From Macrostomum lignano (lineage: Eukaryota): 64,000 nt of DNA. Positions 26,068-38,749 of the stretch are shown here, in pieces. Numbering within the stretch: the stretch's first letter is position 1; each line of letters starts with the position of its first letter. The stretch is from contig NIVC01001444.1 in assembly GCA_002269645.1 (NCBI GenBank), positions 62,001 to 126,000 on the forward strand. The letters are read 5' to 3'. The position numbers and the translations under genes were made by a program. The notes below the pieces were generated by a model. The model saw only the letters and a list, made by a program, of their open reading frames with translations. It ran no database searches and was not told where the DNA came from.

Positions 26068-26142
26068 TACTGAGTAGTGATGATTACCGAGTAGTGATGA
26101 TTACCGAGTAGTGAGGATTATCGAGTAGTGAGGATTACCGAG
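26068..26142. repeat. Right-hand remainder of the 17-bp minisatellite
   Basis: Same gagtagtgaggattatc unit directly after the transposon. Confidence 0.92.
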
Positions 26143-26554
26143 TTTAACAATTTTCGGATGATTTTCTCTGGCTGGCTCCACGCACTGCAGGTCAGGAGAT
26201 TTTCAATCCTACGTTTATAAATAAAAAGTTTCTTTAAAGCCTGAGTCTGCTGAGTACTATTAGAACTAATGCACTTTAGTGAGAGGCCAGTGACCGATGC
26301 AGTCAATGGTTTCGCTTCAACTGCTAATTGTGGGAAAATTTCGATTAGCCTGAGCTAGATATTAGATTAGGGGCGGCGTGCGGGATTTCCACTCCCTATA
26401 AAGTTGCGATATCTGGGATCAGATGAAACAGTTTCTCCCTTTTCGACTGACTGCATACAAAATATCTTAATGAACTTTTGCATCTGAATAATATAGTGCT
26501 TACTGTCACAACTTTGCTAGAAACAAAGTATAAAGTACACACGATACACGATGG

Positions 26555-27235
26555 GATATCCAATGAGATCCCATCGGTTCCGCCCCCCCCCCCAATACCA
26601 ATGAGATCCCATCGGTTCCGCCCCCCCCAAATACCAAGGAGATCCCATCGGTTCCGCCCCCTCCCCCTATTAATACCAATGAGATCCCATCGGTTCCACC
26701 CCCTCCCCCTGTTAATACCAATGAGATCCCATCGGTTCCGCCCCTCCCCCTGTTAATACCAATGAGATCCCATCGGTTCCACCCCCTCCCCCTGTTAATA
26801 CCAATGAGATCCCATCGGTTCCGCCCCCTCCCCCTGTTAATACCAATGAGATCCCATCGGTTCCACCCCCTCCCCCTGTTAATACCAATGAGATCCCATC
26901 GGTTCCACCCCCCCCCCCAATACCAATGAGATCCCATCGGTTCCGCCCCCCAAATACACATGAGATCCCATCGGTTCTGCCCCCCAAATACCAAGGAGAT
27001 CCCATCGGTTCCGCCCCTCCCCCTGTTAATACCAATGAGATCCCATCGGTTCCACCCCCCCCCCTAAATACCAAGGAGATCCCATCGGTTCCGCCCCCAA
27101 TACCAATGAGAACCCATCAGTTCTGCTCCCCCCTACAATACCAATGAGATCCCAATGTTTCCGCCCCCACAATACTAATGAGATCCCATCGGTTTCGCCC
27201 CCCCCCAATACCGATGAGATCCCATCGGTTCTTCC
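26555..27235. repeat. Minisatellite, about 35-42-bp unit (ataccaatgagatcccatcggttccgcccc + variable C tract), about 17 copies
   Basis: Constant core with variable poly-C. Confidence 0.93.
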
Positions 27236-28449
27236 CAGTGATCCCACTATATTAATGAAATCATCAGCTCAAAAATTTCTCTTCAGATATAATTTAAAAA
27301 TCATTCAGACCATGCCTTCTGTAACTCAAGCCTACTCGATACTTGCTACTGTAAGTAGAAAAATAAGAATATGATCATATTAATTAGTCAATGTATATAT
27401 ATAAAATAATATCACTAAACTCACATTATGATATCTCGAAAAGTCTTTTATCTACACTTGATTGCAGCATTTGTATAATAATTTCTCAAACATTTATCAA
27501 TCTCCAAAGAAGAATGGAACAGACATGTTTCGATTGTAAGGTCACTACCTGAAATGGCATTAGTTTTACAATAAATTAGTTTACATGTAGCTTCTTGTAG
27601 CTTCTTTTTTTACACATTTTTACATTTATCTGCTTTAATTTTTGTTTTTTTCTGGCTCGCTTACAGTCCAGTCCAGGCTCCAGGGGTCCACGAAACAAGC
27701 CTTGCATGCGGTCAGCTCATTTATGGCTGTGAAATTTGGTTTCTATTTTTTATTTGCCCCACTTTCGGCCTTCTTAAGTCGCACGCAATAAAACGATCTG
27801 ACAGAGCTGGTCGCATGGAGTACGAAAATGCTTAGACTGGAGTGGAGTACCCATGATCACCATGGATAGGGAAAATGGAAGTTTCCAATCCAGATACCTC
27901 TCTAGCTTAAGAACTCCGCGACTCAGACCACAGAGAGGCCGCGCTAACGTTTAATGGCCAGAGGCTGATAGTGGGGGGTTATTGTTTCCCAGTCAGTCTC
28001 ACTCTGGACATATCCTGAGGCCGTGCCAGAAATCTGGGAAGCATTATTCTTAGCTCCAGTTTCCATTCATTATTCACGCATCGTGGCGGCGCATGCGTGG
28101 ATATTCGCCCTCCCTCCTGACTGATTTGGCGATTGTCAAACTTTCTTAGAAAATTTCCGGCTTCTAATATGCTGAATGCTCTCCAGTTCTCAAGGGGGGA
28201 GAGAAGGAGTTTATCCCCTGTTTCCATTCTGAGAATTTTGCCTATACTGAGGAAACACTGATTGAAGAGGAGTTTTGCATGGTTAAAGCTCCCGTGTCAA
28301 TTCGCGCCTACGTCAATGAACAACGCGGTATTTTCCGTCTGATTCCTGTAGTAAATATTTTGGCTGTAACAATTGGTTGCCAGGATATTTAAACGATGTG
28401 AAAAATTGTCAACACAAAAATAAGCCTGTGGGTTTTTATAGAATATACT

Positions 28450-28770
28450 GTACTTTCTGTCCCTTCAATCCGATAAACGGTGCCTCCAGCCAATCAGCGC
28501 GCTAGGAGAGCCAGTAGGCAGGGGTAGGGAAATATCAGTGTACACCTAAATACTTTCCGTCCCTTCAATCCGATAAACGGTGCCGAGCCAGTAGGCAGGG
28601 ATAGAAAGATACCAACTTTTCAATCCGATTAACGATGTCCCCAGCCAATCAGTGCGCTAGGAGAGCCAGTAGACAGGGGTAGAAAATATCAGTGTACAGT
28701 TAAATAGTTTCCGTCCCTTCAATCCGATAAATGGTGCCCCCAGCCAATCAGCGCGCTAGGAGAGTCCAGT
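28450..28770. repeat. Imperfect tandem repeat, about 4 copies of a 60-110-bp module
   Basis: cccttcaatccgataaacggtgcc and cagccaatcagcgcgctaggagag recur. Confidence 0.8.
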
Positions 28771-29401
28771 AAACAGGGATATAACTTGTACGAGCTAAAA
28801 TTGCATAGCGGTCAACATAAAAACTGATTTCTCGTCGCATATTTAATTTCTATAAAAAAAGCTATAATCGCATAATGTCTCATTTAAAATATGCCCGTAT
28901 GTAAGCCAATATAAGCAGCTTTGAATAAGTGGAGAAACCAAGAATAGAAAATTCCCCCAGGAAAAAATTACAGCACACCTAATCCTGGATAAACATTGAA
29001 AAGTTTGTTTTCCAACACTGGAGTGGTATACCTATTCTTTGCATGGGGCACAGAGTTTGATAGCCTTATTGGCAGCTCCTCAAGGTGTACATCCCTAGCC
29101 CCAGCTCAGTCACAACAACTCACCAGTCCTACTAGCCAATAGAAAGTCAGGGAGAAAACGGATAGAGATTGATGGAGCCATCTATTCACGCTATCGTTTC
29201 CCAGACTCCTCTCCCAGCTCCTCATTTCTTTCTCTCTTTCTTATCTACCGGCTTGCCTCTGCCTTACCTCTCCCCAATGCCGATAAGAAGCCATAGTCGC
29301 CCATAAATCTTTCTTTGACAACACTTATCTGCTGCTCGCGCCATACAAAACCTTGCTTGGACAAAGGATGCAACAGAACACTTGCTAAGCTGTCTGGAGC
29401 A

Positions 29402-29601
29402 ATGTCCTCATCATCCTCATCTGCTTCTGCCGCAGTTGCTGGGCGGCCAAGTACAAAAATTCTGAAACAGAGACGCAACGCTGCGTTGTTTGTTGTTGAG
29501 ACAGACGATGAAGCTGCGGTAGCCAGCGGCTGTCCAGACTCCTCCTCGGCGCCGGCTGCCGCTGCCGGCGGGAGGCGAAGCGGCCAGCGTTCGCGGAACG
29601 G
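29402..29601 (+). CDS. Candidate first coding exon C (MSSSSSSASAAVAGRPSTKILKQRRNAALFVVETDDEAAVASG...RSGQRSRN), phase-2 donor
   Basis: ATG in open frame; GG|gtgagg donor; followed closely by a (TCTA)n array. Confidence 0.45.
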
Positions 29602-29641
29602 GTGAGGGGCGAGCCGCTCATTTCGTGACGAGCGGCTATTA

Positions 29642-30019
<378 letters not shown>

Positions 30020-30779
30020 GGGGATATAACTTGCATCAAGGATGTTGTCACGCAGAAATTATTTTAATAACTTCCCCTCTGAGTTGGACAACTGCGATTT
30101 GAGCTTCTTTGAGTCCAATATTAGGCAGGCAGACAGTATACATTATTTCGGAATAAGCACTTGTGCGTCGACACCTTTCATTAACCAGCCAGCACGACTC
30201 GTGCTTCTCTCTACACCTATTTCGAATCTATTGGAACCATTTCCGCCCGGCTTTGCTAAGGTAATCAACGGGGATAAATCATCATAATATTTCAATAGAA
30301 ATCAAAGGCCAGACCCGTAGAATCGAATTCTTCCCAAATATTTCTACACGGAGGGACAGGAACGGCTTTATAATGAACAGGTTGAACTATTTTCGCGAAA
30401 TGGAGGCTGATAATTGAGAAATTGGGTGGGAGGCGGGCGCAATTTTCTTGAAATGTCTGACGTCAAACGCTGCTGTCTTTTTAGATTGAATTCACTTCTG
30501 CATAGGCAGGTGGGATTGTCACTCTGATGAGCGTCAGAATGCACACCCACTACTACCTACATTCAGTCCAATACACATAAATCATAAATGGGTGTTTTTC
30601 TCCGCCAACTGCAGTGAACTACTTTAGCAAACTGAAGTACCTCGGTCAGCAGCTGCCTGACAAACTTTGATTGTTAAAGAATCTCTGACTTCATTGGCTT
30701 TTTCAAAGCTTTCTTTAGAAAGAAAGAAGGAACCAATGTAAATTTTAATGGGGTTAAAATATCTTGTTGGATAACTCCG

Positions 30780-31147
30780 GGGGGCCGTCTCCTAGTGGTC
30801 TGGTGCGGCGCTCTGATGCGCCAGCGGCCCAGGCTCGATTCCCAGTGCAGTCAACATTGATTTGGGACTAAATTGGAATCTCGGCTTGGCTATGCTCGTG
30901 CAATTAACGCCCTTGAACTTGAAGGCCAACCCCCAAGGCACAGTGAAGTGTACATGCCTAACATAGATAAACTTAGGGCCGCTGTACACTCCTGTGTGTG
31001 TGTGTGTGTGTGCCTGCGTACGTATCCGCGCGCTTGTGTTCCTGCTCAGGGGAGTCGGTGGAATGGGTAGTAATGCCTCTCGCCGGTTGTGTGACAATGT
31101 CGCTTAAAGTGCGCCAGGGTGCACACAGACCCTAACCACTAAAAAAA
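30780..31147 (+). mobile_element. tRNA-derived SINE, full-length copy 2
   Basis: Colinear with reverse complement of 7289-7653; B box GGCTCGATTCC 30832-30842; internal (TG)n; ends in A7; no TSD seen. Confidence 0.85.
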
Positions 31148-32047
31148 TTGAATGATTCCTTTAAGGACTGCTGTAACGCCAGTTTTTTTACTAATTATTG
31201 TGTCGAAAAATTTCTAAATAGTTTTTTGCGGAAAGTACTATTTTGTGTATCGCCGGCTATTTATTGCAGCAAAATATTAATTTACGCGCCTTGTCAGCGG
31301 GAACTGGCCGTGGCCGCGCTCCCCTTTGACCCGGGCAAGCGGACTGTCTGCGACTGAGCCAATGGGGGCGGGGGGCAGAGAGGGGCACTTTGATTAGCGT
31401 CCCCCGACTCGAATCTGTTTTGGCAGACCACTCTGCCCACCCCGCCCCCTGGAGACGGGAGCATCGCTTTCAAGGGGGGAGAGAGAGAGAGAGAGAGAGG
31501 AGTCTGAAAGTGGACTCCACCGCTGAAGGAGGCGGGCCTACTGAAGCGTGCGCAAGGCCACCAAGGCTGTGGCTCAAACCCATTAATGACGATGAGGGAC
31601 TCTACATAGCTTAGATATTGGTCTCTTATCCAACTAAAAATCCACATAGCGAGTCTCTGTCTCAACTGGAATTCTGAGACCCCGGGGTCTTCCAAATCCT
31701 CTTCGACCTGAGAGACTTAGCCGTCGGAAATACTTTTTTCTTACTTTCTTGTTAGGCCGTCACTTTGGCCTGCTTTCCTCTGTGCGGTTTCTCTTGCCAA
31801 TAACTGTTATCTATGAATCAATAATTAGGGTATTAAGCTGATGTTGGACTCCAGCATCTACCAATCGGAATCTGGGCATCTGTCAGCTCAAGCACGCCAT
31901 GCTGAACCGCAACTACTGGTTACTTTATAATGTCACGATGACAATGAATCATAAATAAGTTCCTCTGCATCATTGCGCAGACTCAGTTGTGCTTGAACTA
32001 ACACTATATTTACTTTACTTACTGTTACTTATTTTTACTAATTCCAG

Positions 32048-32186
32048 GTACTCCTACCAGTTCGGATGGATGAACAACAAGAAGTTTATCAAGCAGTTGC
32101 AGAAGGACAATATCGACTTGGCCATCCTACAGAGCGAAATCGGGGCTGTCAGCACCAAGCGGCGAAAGAAATCGTTAGTGAAATAA
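32048..32186 (+). CDS. Candidate shared exon of unidentified small protein (YSYQFGWMNNKKFIKQLQKDNIDLAILQSEIGAVSTKRRKKSLVK*)
   Basis: Strong acceptor ttatttttactaattccag with ctaat branch-like motif; phase 2; very high GC3 over the first 38 codons. Confidence 0.6.
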
Positions 32187-32204
32187 GGTTTATTTGCAGC
32201 GTCC

Positions 32205-32850
32205 GTGTAGGTTTGTGTCAGACATCTATGAATCAGTGTAGATTTGTGTCAGACAGCTATGCATCAGTGCAGGTTTGTGTCAGACATCTATGCATCATTG
32301 TAGATTTGTGTCAGACATCTATGCATCAGTGTAGATTTGTGTCAGACATCTATGCATCAGTGTAGATTTGTGTCAGACATCTATGCATCATTGTAGATTT
32401 GTGTCAGACATCTATGCATAGGTGTAGATTTGTGTCAGACATCTATGCATCAGTGTAGATTTGTGTCAGACATCTATGCATCATTGTAGATTTGTGTCAG
32501 ACATCTATGCATAGGTGTAGATTTGTGTCAGACATCTATGCATCAGTGTAGATTTGTGTCAGACATCTATGCATCATTGTAGATTTGTGTCAGACATCTA
32601 TGCATAGGTGTAGATTTGTGTCAGACATCTATGCATCAGTGTAGATTTGTGTCAGACAGCTATGCATAGGTGTAGGTTTGTGTCAGACATCTATGGATCA
32701 GTGCAGATTTGTGTCAGACAGCTATGCATAGGTGTAGGTTTGTGTCAGACATCTATGAATCAGTGCAGATTTGTGTCAGACAGCTATGCATAGGTGTAGG
32801 TTTGTGTCAGACATCTATGGATCAGTGCAGATTTGTGTCAGACATCTGCC
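32205..32850. repeat. Minisatellite, 31-bp unit (gtagatttgtgtcagacatctatgcatcagt), about 20 copies
   Basis: gtcagac at 32341 and 32372. Confidence 0.95.
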
Positions 32851-33162
32851 GTGTAGATTTATGTCGGTCACTTTTCTGACCACAGCATGGCTTTGCAGGA
32901 CGACTAAAAGATGAATTTGCATAGCTATCAATGTCGGAGAAACTTTTGTGGAGAAGTCAAAAGTTGGATTTTCAGGCGCTTTGCGTTGCGTAACAGCTTC
33001 AGCGCTAATGCGTTTGAATGGCTGGGAAAAGGGATTAAGCAGGACTGCCAGTGGGGCAGATAACCGCCTGTCGCTGTGTCTGCGTAATTTCCATGCAAAT
33101 TTTATTTTAGTAAATTCGGGTTGTGCCAGACACGATATCGATTTGCGGATTGTTACATTGGC

Positions 33163-34090
33163 CCTTCCAGATCCTCTGTTGCTGGGCCATCACCAGCCTC
33201 CCAGATTCTCAGTTGCTGGGCAGCCACCCTCCCAGATCCTCGGTTGCTGGGCCATCACCAGCCTCCCAGATCCTCGGTTGCTGGGCCATCACCAGCCTCC
33301 CAGATCATCGGTTGCTGGGCCATCGCCATACCAGATCCTTTAGCTTTAGTTTGGCTACTCCCAGATTCTCAGTTGCTGGGCAGCCACCCTCCCAGATTCT
33401 CAGTTGCTGGGCAGCCACCCTCCCAGATTCTCAGTTGCTGGGCAGCCACCCTCCCAGATTCTCAGTTGCTGGGCAGCCACCCTCCCAGATTCTCAGTTGT
33501 TGGGCAGCCACCCTCCCAGATTCTCAGTTGCTGGGCAGCCACCCTCCCAGATTCTCAGTTGCTGGGCAGCCACCCTCCCAGATCCTCAGTTGCTGGGCAG
33601 CCACCCTCCCAGATTCTCAGTTGCTGGGCAGCCACCCTCCCAGATCCTCGGTTGCTGGGCCATCACCAGCCTCCCAGATCCTCGGTTGCTGGGCCATCGC
33701 CATACCAGATCCTTTAGCTTTAGTTTGGCTACTCCCAGATTCTCAGTTGCTGGGCAGCCACCCTCCCAGATTCTCAGTTGCTGGGCAGCCACCCTCCCAG
33801 ATTCTCAGTTGCTGGGCAGCCACCCTCCCAGATTCTCAGTTGCTTGGCAGCCACCCTCCCAGATCCTCGGTTGCTGGACCATCACCAGCCTCCCAGATCC
33901 TCGGTTGCTGGACCATCACCAGCCTCCCAGATCCTCGGTTGCTGGACCATCACCAGCCTCCCAGATCCTCGGTTGCTGGGCCATCACCAGCCTCCCAGAT
34001 CCTCGGTTGCTGGACCATCACCAGCCTCCCAGATCCTCGGTTGCTGGGCCATCGCCATACCAGATCCTTTAGCTTTAGTTTGGCTACTCC
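33163..34090. repeat. Compound minisatellite of 31- and 34-bp units with a longer spacer unit recurring three times
   Basis: cccagattctcagttgctgggcagccaccct and cccagatcctcggttgctgggccatcaccagcct units; spacer at 33324, 33698, 34053. Confidence 0.93.
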
Positions 34091-34773
34091 AAATGCACTC
34101 TTTGTACTCACAGTGTACTTCAACTCTGAGCTGAGAGAAAGCGAGATGAAAGTAAGATAAAATGAAGACGAGCAAAGGCAGTAACTGAGCAGGAGCCTGT
34201 ACTCGCAGAAAGTTAATTAGTGAATTTAATTATCACAATATTTCAAGTGCTGGCAGATACTAATTCCCGACTCCTCCTTGATGGGGATTGCAAAAGGGCC
34301 AAGCCCAGGGATTCTCTGTGGAATGTAATGTCGCACTATCAACACTATGGAATCATCAACACTATGCTATTAGTAAAACTAGCCAATGCTTTCTAGCGGG
34401 AGTATTTTCTAGAATCCCTTTTTTCACACAGTTTTGGCTACTTTCAGTAGTATTTTGGCTATTCAGTTGTGTCAGAATTGGACAGTACGACATCTGTAAT
34501 TTTTTATCATCGTCCTTTCCAGCTGCTTTTGTCACCTGTTGACAGAGTCCGCAGGGGATTGACTCACCTGTGAAAATTTGAAGTTGATGCTTCGCTTTAA
34601 AGTTACAGCAGTGGAGACGAACTCAATTCCTTGAGTTCTTATTCTTGATGGCAGCTGGGAAAAGCCTGGCGGATTAAAAATCTGAGTCAATTTGAGTTCT
34701 AGCCGAGCAGCTGTCTGCAGATTATCAACTCGGTGGGACGGGGATTTGCTGAGGCCATCTTCAGTTCATGGGG

Positions 34774-34882
34774 ATGCAGGCGGCACCGATCAGGGCCGGT
34801 GCGTGGGCGGCTGTCACGGCGGGGCAGCGTGCTGCCGCTGCTGCTATAGCGACTTTAGGCCTGCTCAAGCTCTCATCTACAT
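34774..34882 (+). CDS. Possible upstream exon of the Hv gene (MQAAPIRAGAWAAVTAGQRAAAAAIATLGLLKLSST), phase-1 donor
   Basis: GC-rich island; ACAT|gtaaag donor in phase with the acceptor at 36002; other frames also partly open. Confidence 0.25.
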
Positions 34883-35134
34883 GTAAAGCCGAAGGAGGAA
34901 TTTCTTCTGGGTGCTTTCAGAGATAAGTTCTGCTTTTCTTGACGCCTCAGACTGGTGCACTGCATACATGTATTTTATGGCATTCTTCATGTCCTACAGG
35001 ATCTATAGAGTCGAAGGCAAGCCGAGAAACACTTTGGGGGCATTGAGCAACTTACTTAAAACGAATCAAAAAAAGCCTAGCTCTCTCAAGCAACTCCTGT
35101 CCGTCTCTTTTTTCAACTCTTTACCCCCTCCCCA

Positions 35135-35720
35135 AATCCATCGCAATGTACACACTCTCTGACCCTCCAAATCCATCGCAATGTACACACACTCTGACCC
35201 TCCAAATCCATCGCAATGTACACACACTCTGACCCTCCAAATCCATCGCAATGTACACATACTCTGATTCTCTAAATCCATCGCAATGTACACACACTCT
35301 GACCCTCTAAATCCATCGCAATGTACACACACTCTGACCCTCTAAATCCATCGCAATGTACACACACTCTGACCCTCCAAATCCATCGCACACACTCTGA
35401 CCCTCTAAATCCATCGCAATGTACACACACTCTGACCCTCTAAATCCATCGCAATGTACACACACTGTGACCCTCTAAATCCATCGCAATGTACACACAC
35501 TCTGACCCTCCAAATCCATCGCAATGTACACACACTCTGACCCTCTAAATCCATCGCAATGTACACACACTCTGACCCTCCAAATCCATCGCAATGTACA
35601 CACACTCTGACCCTCTAAATCCATCGCAATGTACACACACTCTGACCCTCCAAATCCATCGCAATGTACACACTCTGACCCTCCAAATACATTTCAATGT
35701 ACGCACTCTCTGACCCTCTA
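35135..35720. repeat. Minisatellite, about 36-bp unit (ctctgaccctctaaatccatcgcaatgtacacaca), about 16 copies
   Basis: Direct periodicity. Confidence 0.95.
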
Positions 35721-36027
35721 AAATATCCCCAATTCATTTCAATGTAAGCACACAATATTCTTCAAAACAATCTGAGCCCATCACAACGGACAGGCTCACG
35801 AACTCTTCTCCTCAAAACTCTAGCAGGGAAATTTCCATTAATATTGATATTTCATTGTCATCATGTCCGCATTTTGCTGCCACTCTCCCTGCTTCTCTCC
35901 GCCGAGAGCTCCCATTCGCTGTCGAATCATAAATAAGCATAACTTGGGATAACCCTGCGGCAGGTCGGGCATATAGAATAAGAAGGTTTTAACTCTATCA
36001 GTAGCATTTGCCCCGAGCATTGAGGTG

Positions 36028-36298
36028 ATGTCGGAGCCCAGCTCTCAGCTCAGCCTGTTGCCAGGCAGCTGGCGTCATCAGCGAGACTCGCCTCCCATTG
36101 ATGAGGAGGAAATTTACCAGAGAAGTCGCGGCCCCAGCTCTAAGAATCCGCATTCCGCTCGGGCCCGTTACAGGTGGCGCGAACGGCTGCTGCACGTGAT
36201 CCGGTCCAATGTTGCGCAGATCATCCTGTGCGCTCTGGTGCTCATCGATGCGGTCATTGTCATAGCTGAGATCATCCTGGAGATCAAGGCCATCACCA
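36028..36298 (+). CDS. HVCN1: Voltage-gated proton channel (Hv-like), coding exon 1: N-terminus and S1
   Basis: WRERLLHVIRSNVAQIILCALVLIDAVIVIAEIILE matches Hv S0-S1 with the Asp equivalent to human D112; donor ACC A|gtgagt (phase 1). The exon may start at acceptor 36002, so the start codon is uncertain. Confidence 0.9.
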
Positions 36299-36364
36299 GT
36301 GAGTTCTTCGCGGACTGGGGCGCGGGATGAGCCTGGTCTGGCTCAGTGATTTGTTTGTGCTAAC

Positions 36365-37355
36365 CGATAGATGAAGGAAGAGAGTGGGTTGCTAATCTAG
36401 CCTACATCATGATTGATGAAGGAATAGAATGGATTGCTAATCTAGCCTACATCATGATTGATGAAGGAATAGAATGGATTGCTAATCTAGCCTACATCAT
36501 GATTGATGAAGGAATGGAATGGATTGCTAATCTAGCCTACATCATGATTGATGAAGGAATAGAATGGATTGCTAATCTAGCCTACATCATGATTGATGAA
36601 GGAATAGAATGGATTGCTAATCTAGCCTACATCATGATTGATGAAGGAATAGAATGGATTGCTAATCTAGCCTGCATCATGATTGATGAAGGAATAGAAT
36701 GGATTGCTAATCTAGCCTACATCATGATTGATGAAGGAATAGAATGGATTGCTAATCTAGCCTACATCATGATTGATGAAGGAATAGAATGGGTTGCTAA
36801 TCTAGCCTACATCATGATTGATGAAGGAATAGAATGGATTGCTAATCTAACCAGCATCATGATTGATGAAGGAATAAATGGATTGCTAATCTAGCCTTCA
36901 TCATGGATGCAGGAATAGAGTGGGTTGCTAATCTAGCCAACATCATGATTAATGAAGGAATAGAATGAATTGCTAATCTAGCCAACATCATGATTAATGA
37001 AGGAATAGAATGAATTGCTAATCTAGCCAACATCATGATTGATGAAGGAATAGAATGAATTGCTAATCTAGCCAGCATTATGATTAATGAAGGAATAGAA
37101 TGAATTGCTAATCTAGCCAACATCATGATTGATGAAGGAATGGAATGGATTGCTAATCTAGCCTACATCATGATTGATGAAGGAATGGAATGGATTGCTA
37201 ATCTAGCCTGCATCATGATTGATGAAGGAATGGAATGGATTGCTAATCTAGCCTGTATCATGATTGGTGAAGGAATGGAATGGATTGCTAATCTATCCAA
37301 CATCATGAATGAAGGAATGAATTGCTTATCTAGCCAATCACGGATGAAAGAATAG
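36365..37355. repeat. Intronic minisatellite, 45-bp unit (gatgaaggaatagaatggattgctaatctagcctacatcatgatt), about 21 copies
   Basis: ggaat at 36421 and 36466; 15-aa pseudo-ORF periodicity. Confidence 0.96.
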
Positions 37356-38337
37356 AATGAATTGCTGTTTCATACCAGTAAAGAAGAATCAGAGCCATAA
37401 TTCCATACATTCGAAGTCAGCAGCCATTAGGAAGTGTTTCTTGACAACCTGACTGGTAAATGCCGCCCATCCTGGCAACACAACTCATAACTGCCTTTCC
37501 TTGCTTTCTTACTCGCCAAAGAGTGGATCAGCCCTTCACTGTCACTGAGTGCATGTCGCCAGGTCATTCATTACGGCCAGAAGTGCACCCGCTGAATCCC
37601 CTGGAATCACAGCACTCCCGGAGTCGTCCATCATCTGCGAATTGTCGCTTTGTATTTTTGCACCCTAAGATTCTTCAAGTTGGCCTCGCACAATGCGACA
37701 GAGCCACAGTTTCCACTTTCGCTATAAAATAATATATGCATCCTATAGTTATGATTGACAGTTCGAGTTTGGGCAGAAAATCTAAAAAACCGCACCATAC
37801 TTGGGATAGAGTTCGGTTCGAATGGGGTATTGCACACTTCTATGAAATCAAATATAAAGGTAATTATTGTCTTAGATTTGTTATAGCTGGATAAATAATA
37901 AAGGCAGGCAGTGAAGGGAAATGGAAAAGTGAACGGAGAATTATTGATGGAATGAATTGACCTTTTAATGGACTGGCACACAAGGAGTTCAGAATCTATG
38001 CTCATATTGGGAAGCATTGGTGCAGACAATTAGTTGTCTAGCAGAAGCAAAGTTGCGACAAAAGAGGCCAATAGTTGCTAGCAGTCCGGGAAAGGTGAGT
38101 AGTCAGACTGCAAAGAAACAAAACAAAAAGCTCAGAAGGCTTTTGTGGCGTGAGTACGCTCGTACTCAAAACAAAAGCACTTGGTTGGTCCTATTGGATT
38201 GTCTGCTTTTAGAAGGCTTTTGCCACCTGAATGGATTAGTGATGTGTCAGTCCAAATGGTTCAACCATGGACGACTTTATTCAAGCAGCTGGACTGGAGT
38301 CTACTCGTAATCTAGGATTCCACATGGTTAAAAAAAA

Positions 38338-38712
38338 CTCAGATCCCGAATCCCAACTCAGATCCTGAATCCCAACTCAGATCCCGAATCCCAACTCAGA
38401 TCCCGAATCCCAACTCAGATCCCGAATCCTAATTCAGATCCTGAATCCCAACTCAGATCCCGAATCCCAACTCAGATCCCGAATCCCAACTCAGATCCCG
38501 AATCCCAACTCAGATCCCGAAACCCAACTCAGATCCCGAAACCCAACTCAGATCCTGAATCCCAACTCAGATCCCGAATCCCAACCCAGATCCCGAATCC
38601 GAATTCAGATACCAAATCCCAGCTCCGATGCGGAATCCCAACTCAGATCCCGAATCCCAACTGAGATTCCAATACAAACACAAAATTCTATATCCGATCC
38701 CAGATCCCAACT
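38338..38712. repeat. Intronic minisatellite, 19-bp unit (ccaactcagatcccgaatc), about 18 copies
   Basis: Direct periodicity, decaying toward the acceptor. Confidence 0.93.
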
Positions 38713-38749
38713 CAAATTAAATCCCTTCTCAAACAACCCCTTGCGACAG

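Noticed and set aside
32066-32365. Alternative frame MDEQQEVYQAVAEGQYRLGHP with faint kinase subdomain X resemblance
   Set aside because: Third positions are strongly A/T, unlike real exons here; no other kinase motifs nearby. Not fully excluded, because it is open between both splice sites.
36409-36894. MIDEGIEWIANLAYI repeat protein
   Set aside because: A 45-bp minisatellite inside Hv intron 1, bounded by exons that join in phase without it.
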